A stretch of 36,677 nucleotides of DNA from Octopus bimaculoides (GCF_001194135.2 NC_068982.1:162719005-162755681), one strand, 5' to 3'. Positions 24,356-35,830 are shown, counted from the stretch's first letter. The notes: generated by a model not told the origin, from the letters alone. Numbers and translations: made by a program.

Positions 24356-24899
24356 TGTCTCTGGCCCTTTTAGAACAATTCCTTGCTTCTCATGAATTGC
24401 ATATAAAACAGTGGAAATAATACCAGAAATGAGCTTTCAATTAGCAGCAACACTTTATTCTTCTGCTAAATAAAATCATACAGCAAACCAGACTAATACA
24501 TCACAAAGAATGCTGTATGTTGAAAATCATACATGGTTGGCTTTTCAACTCAGTTGAACTTGGTTACATGTGCTTCAACAGGAACAAAAATAATGTGACA
24601 TAGCTTCCTGAAAACAAACTCTCCCCTCTGCTTAGAATGAAAAACATCATGCTATTTATTAACAAAAAGAGGTTTAGACAAGCATTTTTAATTTGCTGTG
24701 TTGGTGGTCTATTGTACAACACAATTGGATACAAGCTCCATATCGCATAAAACTAGACCAATCCAAATGCCTGACTCAGCAAAGTATTTCAACGTCACAT
24801 GACCACTCATTAGAGACTTATATGTGGAGCCTTTTTTAAATTACTTAAGCCTAAAACATGCTATTATGAAATTAGTCTTGCTTCATCTTTATTTGGAAA

Positions 24900-25013
24900 C
24901 AGGTGATGGTTGGTGAGAAGAAGGGTATCCAGTCATAGAAATTCCACCTCAACAAATTCTGTCTGATCTATGTGGTATGGAAAAGTGAATGTTAAACAAT
25001 GATGATGATGATG
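24900..25013 (+). mobile_element. RTE-3'-end SINE-like copy, degraded
   Basis: gaagggtatccagtcatagaaa...gttaaacaatgatgatgatgat. Confidence 0.7.
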
Positions 25014-26624
25014 TGCGTGTGTGTACACATATATCCCACATACATATGTGTGTTTTAGTAACTAATGAGTCTGATGCAATATATTTTGTTGGACTAATTG
25101 TTTTTGATAAAGCTTATTGACACTCAGGCTTAACATTTTGAGTTCTTTATTTTAAGTGGCTTAACCATGTAACCATATCTGAACTGGAATCCCAGGACTG
25201 CACATGCATGCACGCACGCACACACATACACACACACACACCTTTTATGAAGAAGATGATGAAATGTGTTTTGCTTTTTGATAAACAAAATTTTATTCTT
25301 TTCACAAACAAAAAGCAAAGTTTGTCATTACCACAAATGACAAAACATTGAGAGGGTTTGAATGTTATTGTTCTTGGTGGAATTGTAGTACTGTCAAAAA
25401 GTTAGCTGCTGGTCATTGTGTTGGTATCACTGATTGTTCATCATGATTGTTGTCAGCTCAGGTCAGTTACTGTCCATCATCTCTACTGGCCATCTCCTAT
25501 GGTGTCTGTAAATGCTCTCTGGTTAAGTAGCTATGGTGTGCCAAATTTATACTGTTTAGGCTCAGAGAAAAAGGTATGAAAAGATGGAATTTTGCTGGAG
25601 CCAGTTCTAGGCAAAGTTGTGATTGGTTACATTTTTTTATCATGTGGATAACATTTTAGTGAACCATAACATGAAGTGATTGCTGAATGTTCATGCTATG
25701 TACCCATGCACACTTACAGACACTCATGTAACTATAGACGTGTGCACTCGTATGCACTCATTCATACATGTGCAATATATATATTGGAAATCTGTTGGTG
25801 ATTTGTTCATGTTACTCAGAATTTCACTTACATATGCACAATCAGGAAGGTAACATATGGTGAATTAGGCTGTGTTTATGATGCATTAAGGAGACCGATT
25901 TTTATTGATCAAAAGAAAACATGTAGCCAAATATGTGGCAGGTCAAGCATGTAGCTGGCTAGACTACTTTGATATAAGGAAAACCGGAGACAAATTGAAT
26001 GAGTATTGAAATGTTATTGTATAACTAATGTTGCTTTTAATTCATTATTGAATTTAATCTTACATGTGCATTGCTGTGGCACATCATGAATAGCTTTACA
26101 CTATTCATATATAGTCATAGAGTGGTGATTCAGTTCATCTCTGGTTTGATTCAGGTATGTAATGTTGATAAGCTACAAAAATGGTGAATATATATATATA
26201 ATCTGCATGTGTTTGATTGTTGTGTGTGATTTTGGAAGTAATGTTGTCTTGGGAGGGATAGCTAACCTTAATTTTATGAGTATTGAAAGGCTTGGATATG
26301 GCTATAATGACTTCCAACCTATATGGTGGATTAATAAGATTACCTTCATTATTTTCCTAGTTCTCAGACATGATATAATATAGAAAATGCAAAAGTGAGA
26401 AATAATAAAGTTGGTTTCAGTATACCAATAAAAAGCTAGGAGTATAAAATGTGTTGTGGAATGTACATACATTTTTTGTGTTTACAAAGTCAGTTAGGTA
26501 AGATGTGTGGAAAGTGTTAATACATTTCCTAGCTTGTAAAGTTGAAAGATAATTAACAACAGCAAAAATAGAAGTTAACAGACTAAAAAAAAAATAGTAT
26601 TTAACATACAAAGTTTCAGATTGG

Positions 26625-26760
26625 TATAGAGGTGTGTGACCAAGTGATTAGAGTGTTCAGCTCATATGATAAAGTTGCAGGTTCAACCATAGTGTCCTTT
26701 GAGCAAGGTACTGTTGCTCCAGTTTACTCATCTTTAATGAGAACAAACCCAATACTGGTG
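26625..26760 (+). mobile_element. tRNA-SINE head
   Basis: A-box-like tgaccaagtgattag, B-box-like ggttcaacc, then cctttgagcaagg. Confidence 0.55.
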
Positions 26761-27003
26761 TAACTGTAGTGGATCTTGCATGCATGAAGTGGATTCGATC
26801 CACCATAGCCAAATTTAAATTAACACTGCAACAGAACTTTTCCCACAGTGGAACAATGGTTTTTCTCTGACAGCAGTTTTACATATGCTAGATGCCTTTA
26901 GCTAGGCTGAAATAATGTCTTCACCACTTGAGCCTTTCTTACCTCTTCTACTTCACCAAAAGCTAGAATAGAGATAACAAGACCACCAACTAAATCTATT
27001 GTT

Positions 27004-27449
27004 CTCAATGATATGTCTATCCTTCTGGATAGTTATAAAAGCAAGAACTCCCCAAGCAAAAATCAAACAGTGACAACTCAATGAGTTCAGTCACATGGTG
27101 ATGATTCAATGAGTTCAGTCACATGGTGACGACTCAATGAGAACAAAGTCTGGCTGACCAGCTAGAACCTTGCTCAGAGGGAGGAATGAAGTTTACTGTC
27201 AGCAACTGTAAGACAACGTCCCGTACCCTACAACTCTCACTAGCTCTAATTCTGTTCTTTTACAACATCGTTCTATCTCTCTCTGTAATTACTACTAAAC
27301 AATGAAGAGGACACAAACACAAACTTTACTTCGTATGCTTTTGGATTTATCATAACCTGCCCATCGAGGCAAGGTATTTTAACGTAATGGTAAATAAATA
27401 TTTCCTTAAAACTTCATGTATTGTTCATCTTTCACATCCTACAACATGC
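27004..27449 (+). mobile_element. Solo-LTR-like repeat, copy 1 (left end possibly about 26765)
   Basis: Three blocks shared with 34161-34641; TATAAAAG, gtaaataaa, and a ...cctacaaca end. Confidence 0.5.
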
Positions 27450-29159
27450 CGTTATAACAACAAATTTTTATCGTCACAACTGCTGACTCCGATATTTCAT
27501 ATTATTGTGTACCTAATCAATTTCTTCCATTACATAACCCTCATTTCCTCTGTCACATCCTAGATGTTTACGTGGGTCAAAGGGAAAAGGAATGACAAAG
27601 TGTCTATGTCTGCTCATGACTACATAGGTAGTTAAAACAATTAGCAAAAGCATGACATATATTATTATGTTATACATGCTTACACACTTGCAAGTGATGA
27701 CTGGTTATACTTTTAAACTATTAGAATTATAATTGTCTGCTAGCAAGTGCTAAGTAAGAGAGCAGAGTTGCAGTTTATACATGGTAGCTGTCAAAGTAAC
27801 AGTTTGCACATGGTTGCTGAGTTACAGTTTGTGCATGGTTGGTGCAGAATGAAAATTTCACACGAGAGATAGTGAAATGACAGCAAAGCAAATAAGACAA
27901 TTGTGTTCTTGTAAATAGTTAAAAATGGCTTACAGACTACTAGTTGGCTAGAATAACACACATAATAATGTTGAAACTAAAGTAGTTGTGTATTCTGTTG
28001 AACTGGTTCCCATTCCCAAATTGGGCGACTATCTATTTATCACAAGTTGGCCAAAGTGATGTATAAGATAGTTGCTGGCATAAGATCACTTCAGATTAGA
28101 TAGTCCTATCCTTTATGAATGAGGAGTGTTCCTGTTGAGTAATATAAACTTTCAAACTTCTCTTCCACTACTTGCCCTTGTGAGTTAATGACTTGACTAG
28201 TTTGACAATGGTTTTATTGAATCTGTAGCAGGTCTCTGACTGACTTTGAACCCAGACTGTTTTTCTGTTCAATGAAAAAGTTTTTGTAAGTAACAATAGA
28301 AAAAAAAAACCTGGGATATTTCAAATTAAGTGATGATATCATAAAACTAACCAAATTCATTGCCTGACATCAACAAAAGAACTGATGAATGAAAAGTTGT
28401 CAACTGCTGCTAATCAGTCAAACATTGATTAGGCTGAACTCAGTTTGTAAAAGAGTGGTAATCAACAAACAGATGATCAGTAACACACAGGAGAGAAAAA
28501 CAGTCATAGAGAATCAAACAGAGAGAGAAGAAAGAACTGAGCACAGTCATGTCACACATCAGACAGTTGTCATTGTCAACAGAGTCTGCTTCTAATCTAA
28601 AAATAGTTGGGGACACAAGCATTCATTCTTTTGAACTCTCCTTCATCTACTCACACTCACAATCAAGCTTTTCAACTAAATCACTAACACAGGCACATTT
28701 TTCGTTATTTTGTTATTTTCCTTTGCCCCTTGGTTGCTTATATGCTCACATAATTACAGAATCAAGCTATGATGACATTAATCTCATTTTTCCATCATTA
28801 TTTTGTTAGTTTTTTTCTTCAAATTAACACATTCTATTTCAACTATAAACAATAAAATAAGTGATGAACTAAAAAGTAGAGACTGTTCTCACTTATTCAA
28901 CAACATCCCATTTTCTTCACTGTGATAAGATAGTAACAACAGAGTATTTGATTGAGGATAGCAGGGTGTAAGTCTTCATTACAGTAGCACCAACTTTTCT
29001 AAACACACTAAGCCCACAACTTATAAACTGTTGTCAGAAAAATTTCTGTGTGCAATTTGTCACATCTACAATAACTAATAGTGATTCTCTGCTCATTAGC
29101 AGGACATTGAAATTTACATGTAGTTCCACCCATGCATTTGGTATTAAGGATTTCAGTGG

Positions 29160-29456
29160 CTTAGGTAGTTCATTTGGCACATATCAATCATACAGCAGCA
29201 CATTCTTGTTTTTTATGTTGCAATTTTTTATGTATTGAACAAACATAAATTATCTGATCTTCTAGGACCATTAAGAAAGTAGAATCTATGTTCAGCGTCA
29301 TTATCATCTAAACTTTCTATGACTCTGTTAAATACATTGCAGCTCTTTTAAATGTATTCAATTTAATCACTTCAATATCAGCAGCATTTTCCATATAAAC
29401 TTCATTGATATTATTGCTAAGATTTAGTCCACATTCAGGTAATTCTAAGTGATGAT
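29160..29456 (-). pseudogene. Possible Helitron/Pif1-type helicase relic
   Basis: Frameshifted KLN..NVFNRVIESLDDNDAEHRFYFLNGPRRSDNLCLFNT resembles the segment leading into Pif1 motif I (FFLDGPGGSGKTFLYN), but the GKT residues are absent. Confidence 0.35.
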
Positions 29457-29623
29457 CAGGGCCATCTTAGCAGCATTAGAAGCCTGCAGGCAAATCAATG
29501 CACTGGACCCAATAATATTTACTTACTGACAGCAACCACAACTTACATAGATTAGAAATGGATCCATGAGGCCCCCAGGCAACTACCCACTGTGCCCACA
29601 CCTTAAGCCTTAAGACAGCACTG
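29457..29623. mobile_element. ~167-bp MITE with imperfect 13-bp TIRs
   Basis: Left CAGGGCCATCTTA; right TAAGACAGCACTG (reverse complement CAGTGCTGTCTTA, 10/13 match). No TSD seen. Confidence 0.55.
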
Positions 29624-29699
29624 GTCGACAGCAAAAACTGAATAATGAGAGTTTGTTTTATATCATGCAGTGTGCTGTTTGAGAGTATCTTTGTTCTCT

Positions 29700-29912
29700 T
29701 TCCATAGTTCTGTACAAGGCTAGCAAATTTAAGCGAAGTGGGTGAATCAATTACATCAATTCAAGTGCTCAACTGGTACTTACTTTATCTACCCCAAAAT
29801 GACAAGGACAAAGTCAACCTAGGTGGTATTTGAACTCAGAATGTGCAGCCAGAAGAAATGCTGGTAAGCATTTCGTCTGATGTGCTAACAATTCTGCTAG
29901 CTTGCCACCTTA
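29700..29912 (-). mobile_element. tRNA-SINE
   Basis: actggtacttactttatctacccc...aaagtcaacc...tttgaactcagaatg...tgctaacaattctgc. Confidence 0.75.
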
Positions 29913-29917
29913 AGAAT

Positions 29918-30368
29918 AATAAATCATATTGTCTCTGGCTGCACGGTCCTGGGTAAGAAGGAATATATCTACAGACATGACAGAATTGGGACTTATATAC
30001 ACTGGAAGCTATACCAGCACTACAGAATGAAAGCAAGAAGAGAGTATAGGAATCTTTCAGAAAAGTTTTTAGAAAAAGACAAAGCAATCTCATTCTGGGA
30101 TATGCCAATACACACAAATTGATAAATGAAGGCTAATAGGCCAGATATCGTTGTTAGGCACCATCAAGAAAAAAAGTGTTTTCTAAGTGACATGTCAGTC
30201 CCCAAAAAATGACAATATATCTCTAAAAGAAATGAAGAAACTTTCAAAATACAAAGATCTGGAAATTGTCATAACCCAAATGTGGAGCCTGAAGACCTAA
30301 ATAATCCCTATAATAATAGGTGTATTAGTGTTGTTAAAAAAGTATACAGACAAATACATAACCAAATG
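29918..30368 (+). mobile_element. RLE-type non-LTR retrotransposon fragment A (end of zinc knuckle plus restriction-like endonuclease)
   Basis: HIVSGC..EY..RHDRIG..IHW; FWDMPIHT..KANRPDIVV..CFLSDMSVP..KKLSKYKDL..IIPIIIG. Confidence 0.85.
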
Positions 30369-30909
30369 CCCTAATGCAAAACCAGGCAGTGGCTCTCGGG
30401 GCTTCTGATCTTAACTGATTGAAAGTGTTATCATGTACATGCTTTGTGTTGGTGTAAAAGATGGGCTACAGCACATATTTTGCTCAATATCATAGAGTTA
30501 CTTGTCAGTAGTTTGACTTTAACCAGTTGAGCATGTCTCTTGGTAGCTAACAGTATGTGCATCTCTGTTCACAAGCAGAAGTAGTTGGGGAGCATCATAG
30601 CCATGTGTCGAGAGAAATTCTTTGGGGTTTGAATAATTCACCTCTGGAAACATAGGTGTTTTGTTCAACACCCTTATTCAAAGACCTTTTGAGCAGGATG
30701 GACTACTTGAGCTGAAAAAAATTCTAACTGGGTCCCACCTCCTAGGTCATGCGCTACTTATGTTGATATGAGATCACCATTCGTGCACATGTGGTTGTGA
30801 TGCACATACCTAATGTACCCTTATCAGATGAGTAGTCATGATGGTTATATTGGGCTTTGTATATGTGTACCTCGGTGTCACTTTAATGGCATGTGCTACT
30901 CCCTCACTC

Positions 30910-30956
<47 letters not shown>

Positions 30957-30960
30957 TAAT
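30369..30960 (+). repeat. Unclassified ~540-bp element ending in (AAT)n (30910-30960)
   Basis: No ORF recognised. Base composition is distinct from the flanks; it abuts fragment A and ends ...cactc(aat)n. Confidence 0.5.
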
Positions 30961-31311
30961 GATAGATGACTACTGTACCAGTGATTGTAGGATCTCTAGG
31001 AATGATAAAAAAAAAGGTACTGAAACCTATTTGAAAATGATACCAGGCTTACCATCCCTACAGGAAGTGCAAAAAATCGTGTTAACTGGAATGATTTGTG
31101 TACTGAGAAGAGCATTATCGCTGTGAAAACAACATCCATTCATGAATTTATATATCAATTTTTTTTCAAACATATTTTACCTGTGAATTTGCGTGTGTAA
31201 ACTGGGAATGCATACAATGAGCTTCTCTGCCCTAGGTGTACAGAAAACACTTGGCGAGAAATGGAAGAAAATTTGAAGAAAGAAGAAAAAAAACAACATA
31301 ATAATAATAAT
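30961..31311 (+). mobile_element. RLE-type LINE 3' fragment B with AAT tail
   Basis: TVPVIVGSLGMIKK..YLKMIPGLPSLQEVQKIVLTG..LRRALSL*, 3' UTR, (ATA)n tail at 31298-31311. Confidence 0.85.
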
Positions 31312-31404
31312 GGTGCTCGAAAAATAAGGGGTGTTACCTTAGTTCACTAGTAGTGAACAACTGGCACCACAGTACATCTTCAGTGTTAGAAGCTATGCAA
31401 AGAC

Positions 31405-31459
<55 letters not shown>

Positions 31460-31470
31460 GGGGGGGGGGG
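31405..31470. repeat. (AAT)18 followed by G12
   Basis: Direct reading. Confidence 0.95.
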
Positions 31471-32011
31471 CTAAAGAGAGGCAAGATGTATGAGCACAAG
31501 CTGCAGCGAGTGGCAGAGTCGGAGATTAGCAAAATCTTCTGGGATTTCCCAATCCAAACAGATCAGGCGCTAGAGCATAACAGACTAGACCTGGTGGTGG
31601 TGGACAAGATGCACCACATATGCTATATAGTTGACATTGCATTCCCCTTTGACCCATGAATAGTCCAGAAGGAACACGTAAAGATAGATAGATACAACCC
31701 TTTTAAATACGAAATAGCCTGGCTATGGAAAATGAAGAAGGTGAAGATAGTGCTAATTATTATTGGGTCCTTGGGAATAGTATCAGGAGGCATCAAGAAG
31801 AGTATAAAGGAAATTGGAATAGAGTGCTCAGTAGAACTGTTACAAAAGGCTTGCTCCTTCGCATGACCAGAATAATCAGGAAAGTATTAGACAGAGGAAA
31901 AGAATGAATAGTATAGTACTGTAGGCTGCAGGTAGTAAGCCCGCTACATATGCAAGACTCCAGGAGCTCCAACAAAACCTGTTATAAAGAGAAAATAATA
32001 ATAATAATAAT
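31471..32011 (+). mobile_element. RLE-type LINE 3' fragment C (distinct subfamily) with AAT tail
   Basis: KIFWDFPIQTDQALEHNRLDLVVVDK..CYIVDIAFPFD..K.DRY..EIAWLW..IIIGSLG..LLQKAC; (AAT)6 at 31994-32011. Confidence 0.88.
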
Positions 32012-32039
32012 AGTAACACCCAGCCTGAATAACCGGAAG

Positions 32040-33088
32040 GAAGTGTAGAAATTGTTATTGCAAAGAAAGTAAAATTAATGGCAAAGAGAAAATGCAGGAA
32101 CAATCTGCTGGTCGGTGGGAGTAGAAGCTTTTGCATAGCAAATATGTACCTCATACCAAACAACCTTGTGTTTCCGGAAGCGCACCCATCAGGGGCTACA
32201 AAACTCAGGGCTAAAGACAGAGAGCAAAGGCTTCATCCTTAGCTACTCATGATCAAAGCTTATTGATCTGGAACTACCAAACCAATGTGATGAAAAATGA
32301 AGTAGATCCAAAGTGCTGATTTTGCATTGATGAGATCAAAACTGGATCACTTAATCTCTCAATGTAAAATGTTAGCATCAGTAGAGTATAAATCAAGACA
32401 TGACAGAGTTGGCCAATATCTACACTGGCTAATATGTTGGTATTATTAAATCAAAACTGTTGACAAGTAGTATAAGAATCACCCTGAGGTTCTAAGAGAG
32501 GGACAGAATGTAACAATTCTTTAGAACGTTCCAATGCATACAGACAGAACCATCAAAGCTAATAAGCTGGATATTGCTGTAAAAGGTCAAAATAATAAAG
32601 TCTGTTTATTGATCAACATGAGTATCCCTTGTGATCATAATATTCTGGCAAAAGAATTTGGCACAGTCAGAAATTTGCTCATTAAAATCGGAAAAATGTG
32701 GATCTCAAGTCAATGACAATATCAGTGATTGTAGAAGCACTAAGAATGATAATAAATGGAACTAAAGATAATTTGAGAATTATTCCTGGCTTACCATCCC
32801 TGCTAGAAGTGCTAAAGATCGTTTTAAGTGGTATGTCAGATATTGAGAAGAGCATTGTCACTGTGAGAACAATTAGCATCCATCGTCGTCGTCGTTTAAC
32901 GTCCGCTTTCCATGCTGTAAATAATTTTTCTCTACATAACTTTATTTGATTTTATATGTGAACAATCTGGTATGCTTATTTTAATTGTCTATCAATGTAT
33001 ACAGTGAGATTTTTTGTTCTAGATGTCAGGAAAACACTAGAGAAGAAATGTTAACAAAATTGAAAGAGGAAAAACTCATAATAATAAT
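32040..33088 (+). mobile_element. RLE-type LINE 3' fragment D (RT end, CCHC knuckle, RLE) with AAT tail
   Basis: GLKTESKGF-like, DQSL, KC*FC, EYKSRHDRVGQYLHW, HTDRTIKANKLDIAV, IIPGLPSLLEV. Same subfamily as B. A 37-bp SINE-tail piece lies at 32881-32917. Confidence 0.88.
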
Positions 33089-33360
33089 CCTTTCTACTTA
33101 AAACACAAGGCCTGAAATTTTGGTGGAGGGGACTAGTCAATTGTATTAATCCCAGTGTTTCTTCTTTTTCTTAGGCCTCTTGATTCCTCAGGGAATATAA
33201 GGCCACTATCCCAGTGTTTCACTGGTACTTAATTTATTGATACTGAAAGGATGAAAGGCAAAGTTGACCTTGGCAGAATTTGAACTCAGAACATAAAGAT
33301 GGATGAAATGCTGCCAAGTATTTAGCTCGGTGTGCTTACAACTCTGCCAGTTTGCTGTCT
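33089..33360 (-). mobile_element. tRNA-SINE carrying a 46-bp secondary insertion
   Basis: ggtacttaatttattgatactgaaaggatgaaaggcaaagttgacc...tttgaactcagaac; 13-bp direct repeat at 33149-33161 and 33208-33220. Confidence 0.8.
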
Positions 33361-33634
33361 ACTCATAATAATAACTAGCTGGACCCATGCAAAATTCATG
33401 GAAAACATAAAAAATGTAAGCATCTGTAAATTGTGTGCTGGTGCCATGAGAAATGTTTCTATATTGTGACAGTTACAGAATATAGAAAGAAGTGTAAAAC
33501 TGATAACTATATAATCCAACCAAAATATCTCAGTTATGCAAACGTAAACAGAATTACTATTTAACCTTTAAAATACATCGTACATATTCAAAGAACCTTC
33601 TTGGTTTAGTGGTACAGAACATCCTTCTTATATT

Positions 33635-33875
33635 CTTTTATTCTTTTACTTGTTTCAGACATTTGACGGTGTCCACGTTGGAGCACCGCCCTTTAGTCAA
33701 AGAAATCGACCCCTGGACTTATTCCCTGTAAGCCTGGTGTTTATTCTATTAGTTTCTTTTGCTGAACAGCTAAGTTACGGGGACGCAAACACACCAACAC
33801 TGGTTTTCAAGTGATGGTGTGTATATGTGTGTGTGTATGTGTGTGTGTGTGTGTGTATGTGTGTATGTGTGTATG
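33635..33875 (-). mobile_element. Octopod tRNA-SINE 3' part with (TG)n
   Basis: tcttttacttgtttcagacatttgac...ggagcaccgcc...gctaagttacggggacgcaaacacacc. Confidence 0.7.
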
Positions 33876-34160
33876 TAGGCCAGCATAATATAGGAAGCCA
33901 AACAATTCTGAATCAATTGAAATTACTTCTGTAATGAGAAAAAAGTTTCCTTAGAGTTAATAAAGAATTCTTGTCAACAGAACTATAAGAGGAAATTCTG
34001 ATATTGGAAGTGATTAAAAAGTAAATTGAGATATAATGTTCATTTGGAAGCATGAAGTCCTGTGTTTGTTCTCACCGGGTAGCAATTTTTCAAGTGCCTT
34101 TTATGATATCCTCAAGCTAACCAATAACTTTGAAATGGAATTTGGTACATGAAAACTATC

Positions 34161-34641
34161 CTCAACGATATGTCTATCCTTCTGGATAGTTATAAAAGCA
34201 AGAACCCCAAGCAAAAATCAGTAAGTCACTTCAGTAGTCACTTGATGACAACTGAGAGAGTCGGTTCATGACAACTCAATCAGTTAGGGAATGGACTACT
34301 AGAATCATGATCATAAGCAAGGCAGCTACTAAAGACAATAGTCAGTGAGAGAAATGAAATTTACTGTCAGCAACTGTGAGACAACGTCCCATGACCCTAC
34401 AACTTTCACTAGCTCTAATTCTGTTCTCTTACAACATCATTCTATCGCTATCGGTGGCTTGCCGCTTAGAGAATGTGTACACAAAACTATACAAAGAAAA
34501 ATTCTACCACATCTAACTTTCTTTCACATCCTCTCGGAAATTATAGCCTGCCTGACAAGGCAAGGTATTTTCATCGTAACGGTAAATATATACTTTCTTA
34601 AAACTTCATGCATTGTTCATCTTTCACATCCTACAACATGC
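34161..34641 (+). mobile_element. Solo-LTR-like repeat, copy 2 (left end possibly TGTAGG at 33874)
   Basis: Shares three blocks with 27004-27449. Confidence 0.5.
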
Positions 34642-34926
34642 TGTCACATTTAAATTTCAACTGATACAAAAATAATCTTAATCGTTACACGTCCCTGAGA
34701 TTTGTCCTGTTTGTCAGAGCTTGTTTCTGATGGCAACTATCCTTCATCTATTTGTGTGTGTGTGTGTGCGTGTAGCATCAAGAGTTGCTTGGCAATGCTG
34801 AGTTTCACTTAACATATTGAGTTCTATATCAAGATATGTGTGTACTATGTAAAAATATTTTCATATACAACTTGTATTTTATAATATATATGTAAACATA
34901 TAAATATGTATATATGTATGTATAAA

Positions 34927-35128
34927 GACACCATTTCGAGCGTGGCCGTTTTCGTGCGGGTGACACGTAAAAGCACCTACTACACTCTCTGAGTGGTTGG
35001 CGTTAGGAAGGGCATCCAGCTGTAGAAACTCTGCCAAATTAGATTGGAGCCTGGTGTAGCCATCCGGTTGCACCAGTCCTCAGTCAAATCGTCCAACCCA
35101 TGCTAGCATGGAAAGCGGACGTTAAACG
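34927..35128 (+). mobile_element. Young RTE-3'-end SINE-like copy inserted in a (TATG)n tract
   Basis: Near-identical to 14553-14742; atgtatgtat occurs on both sides. Confidence 0.9.
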
Positions 35129-35544
35129 ATGATGATGATGATGATGATGTATGTATGTATGTATGTATGTATGTATGTATGAATGAATGAATGAATGATT
35201 AGATGTGAGTGTGTAACTACATGTACTGTTGGTGGTACTTTTACTACTCTGGACTTTTCCATTTTCCTTTCTGACAAAGAGCTATACTTGAAACATCAAA
35301 AACTCTCTTCTTCCCAAGTGTCAAACTAATACATTCCATGTGTATGTCCTCTTGTTTTGTTACTGTTATTTTTAATGTTCGATTATTCAATTTGACTCTG
35401 TGTGTGTCTGTGTCTGTGTGGAGGGAACCTATGGGAGAGGTAGACACAGGTAGTGAAGCATTATCTTTGGATGTTGAGTCTTACAGAGGCAATGACAAGT
35501 GATCATTGAGAAGGCACATCAAGCCATGTGAAATCATAATTGTG

Positions 35545-35786
35545 GCCAGTGCCAGTAACACGTAAAAGGCACCTGTGCTGGTGGCACATAAAATGCACCC
35601 ATGCCAGTGACGTGAAAGGCAGCCACTACACTTTGTGAAGCAGTTGGCATTAGGAAGGGCATCCAGCTGTAGAAACAAAACCAAACTAGGCTGGAACCTG
35701 ATACAGCTCTCCAGCTTACCAGTTCCAGTCAAACTGTCTAATTCATGCCAGTATCAAAAACAGACACTAAATGAAAATGGTGATGA

Positions 35787-35790
<4 letters not shown>
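35545..35790 (+). mobile_element. RTE-3'-end SINE-like copy, older
   Basis: gccagtgccagtaacacgtaaaaggcacc...ggcattaggaagggcatccagctgtagaaac...gatgatgat, followed by (AT)n. Confidence 0.8.

Positions 35791-35830
<40 letters not shown>

Noticed and set aside
25270-25344. Two adjacent AT-rich inverted repeats (11 bp and 9 bp stems)
   Set aside because: Low-complexity A/T stems are expected by chance; no element ends were identified.
26117-26162. Possible 40-nt plus-strand exon ending CAG|GTATGT
   Set aside because: Weak acceptor, no partner exons and an unrecognisable peptide.
27004-34641. Intact LTR retrotransposon between the two LTR-like repeats
   Set aside because: The repeats have unrelated spacers, and there is no PBS, PPT or gag-pol between them.
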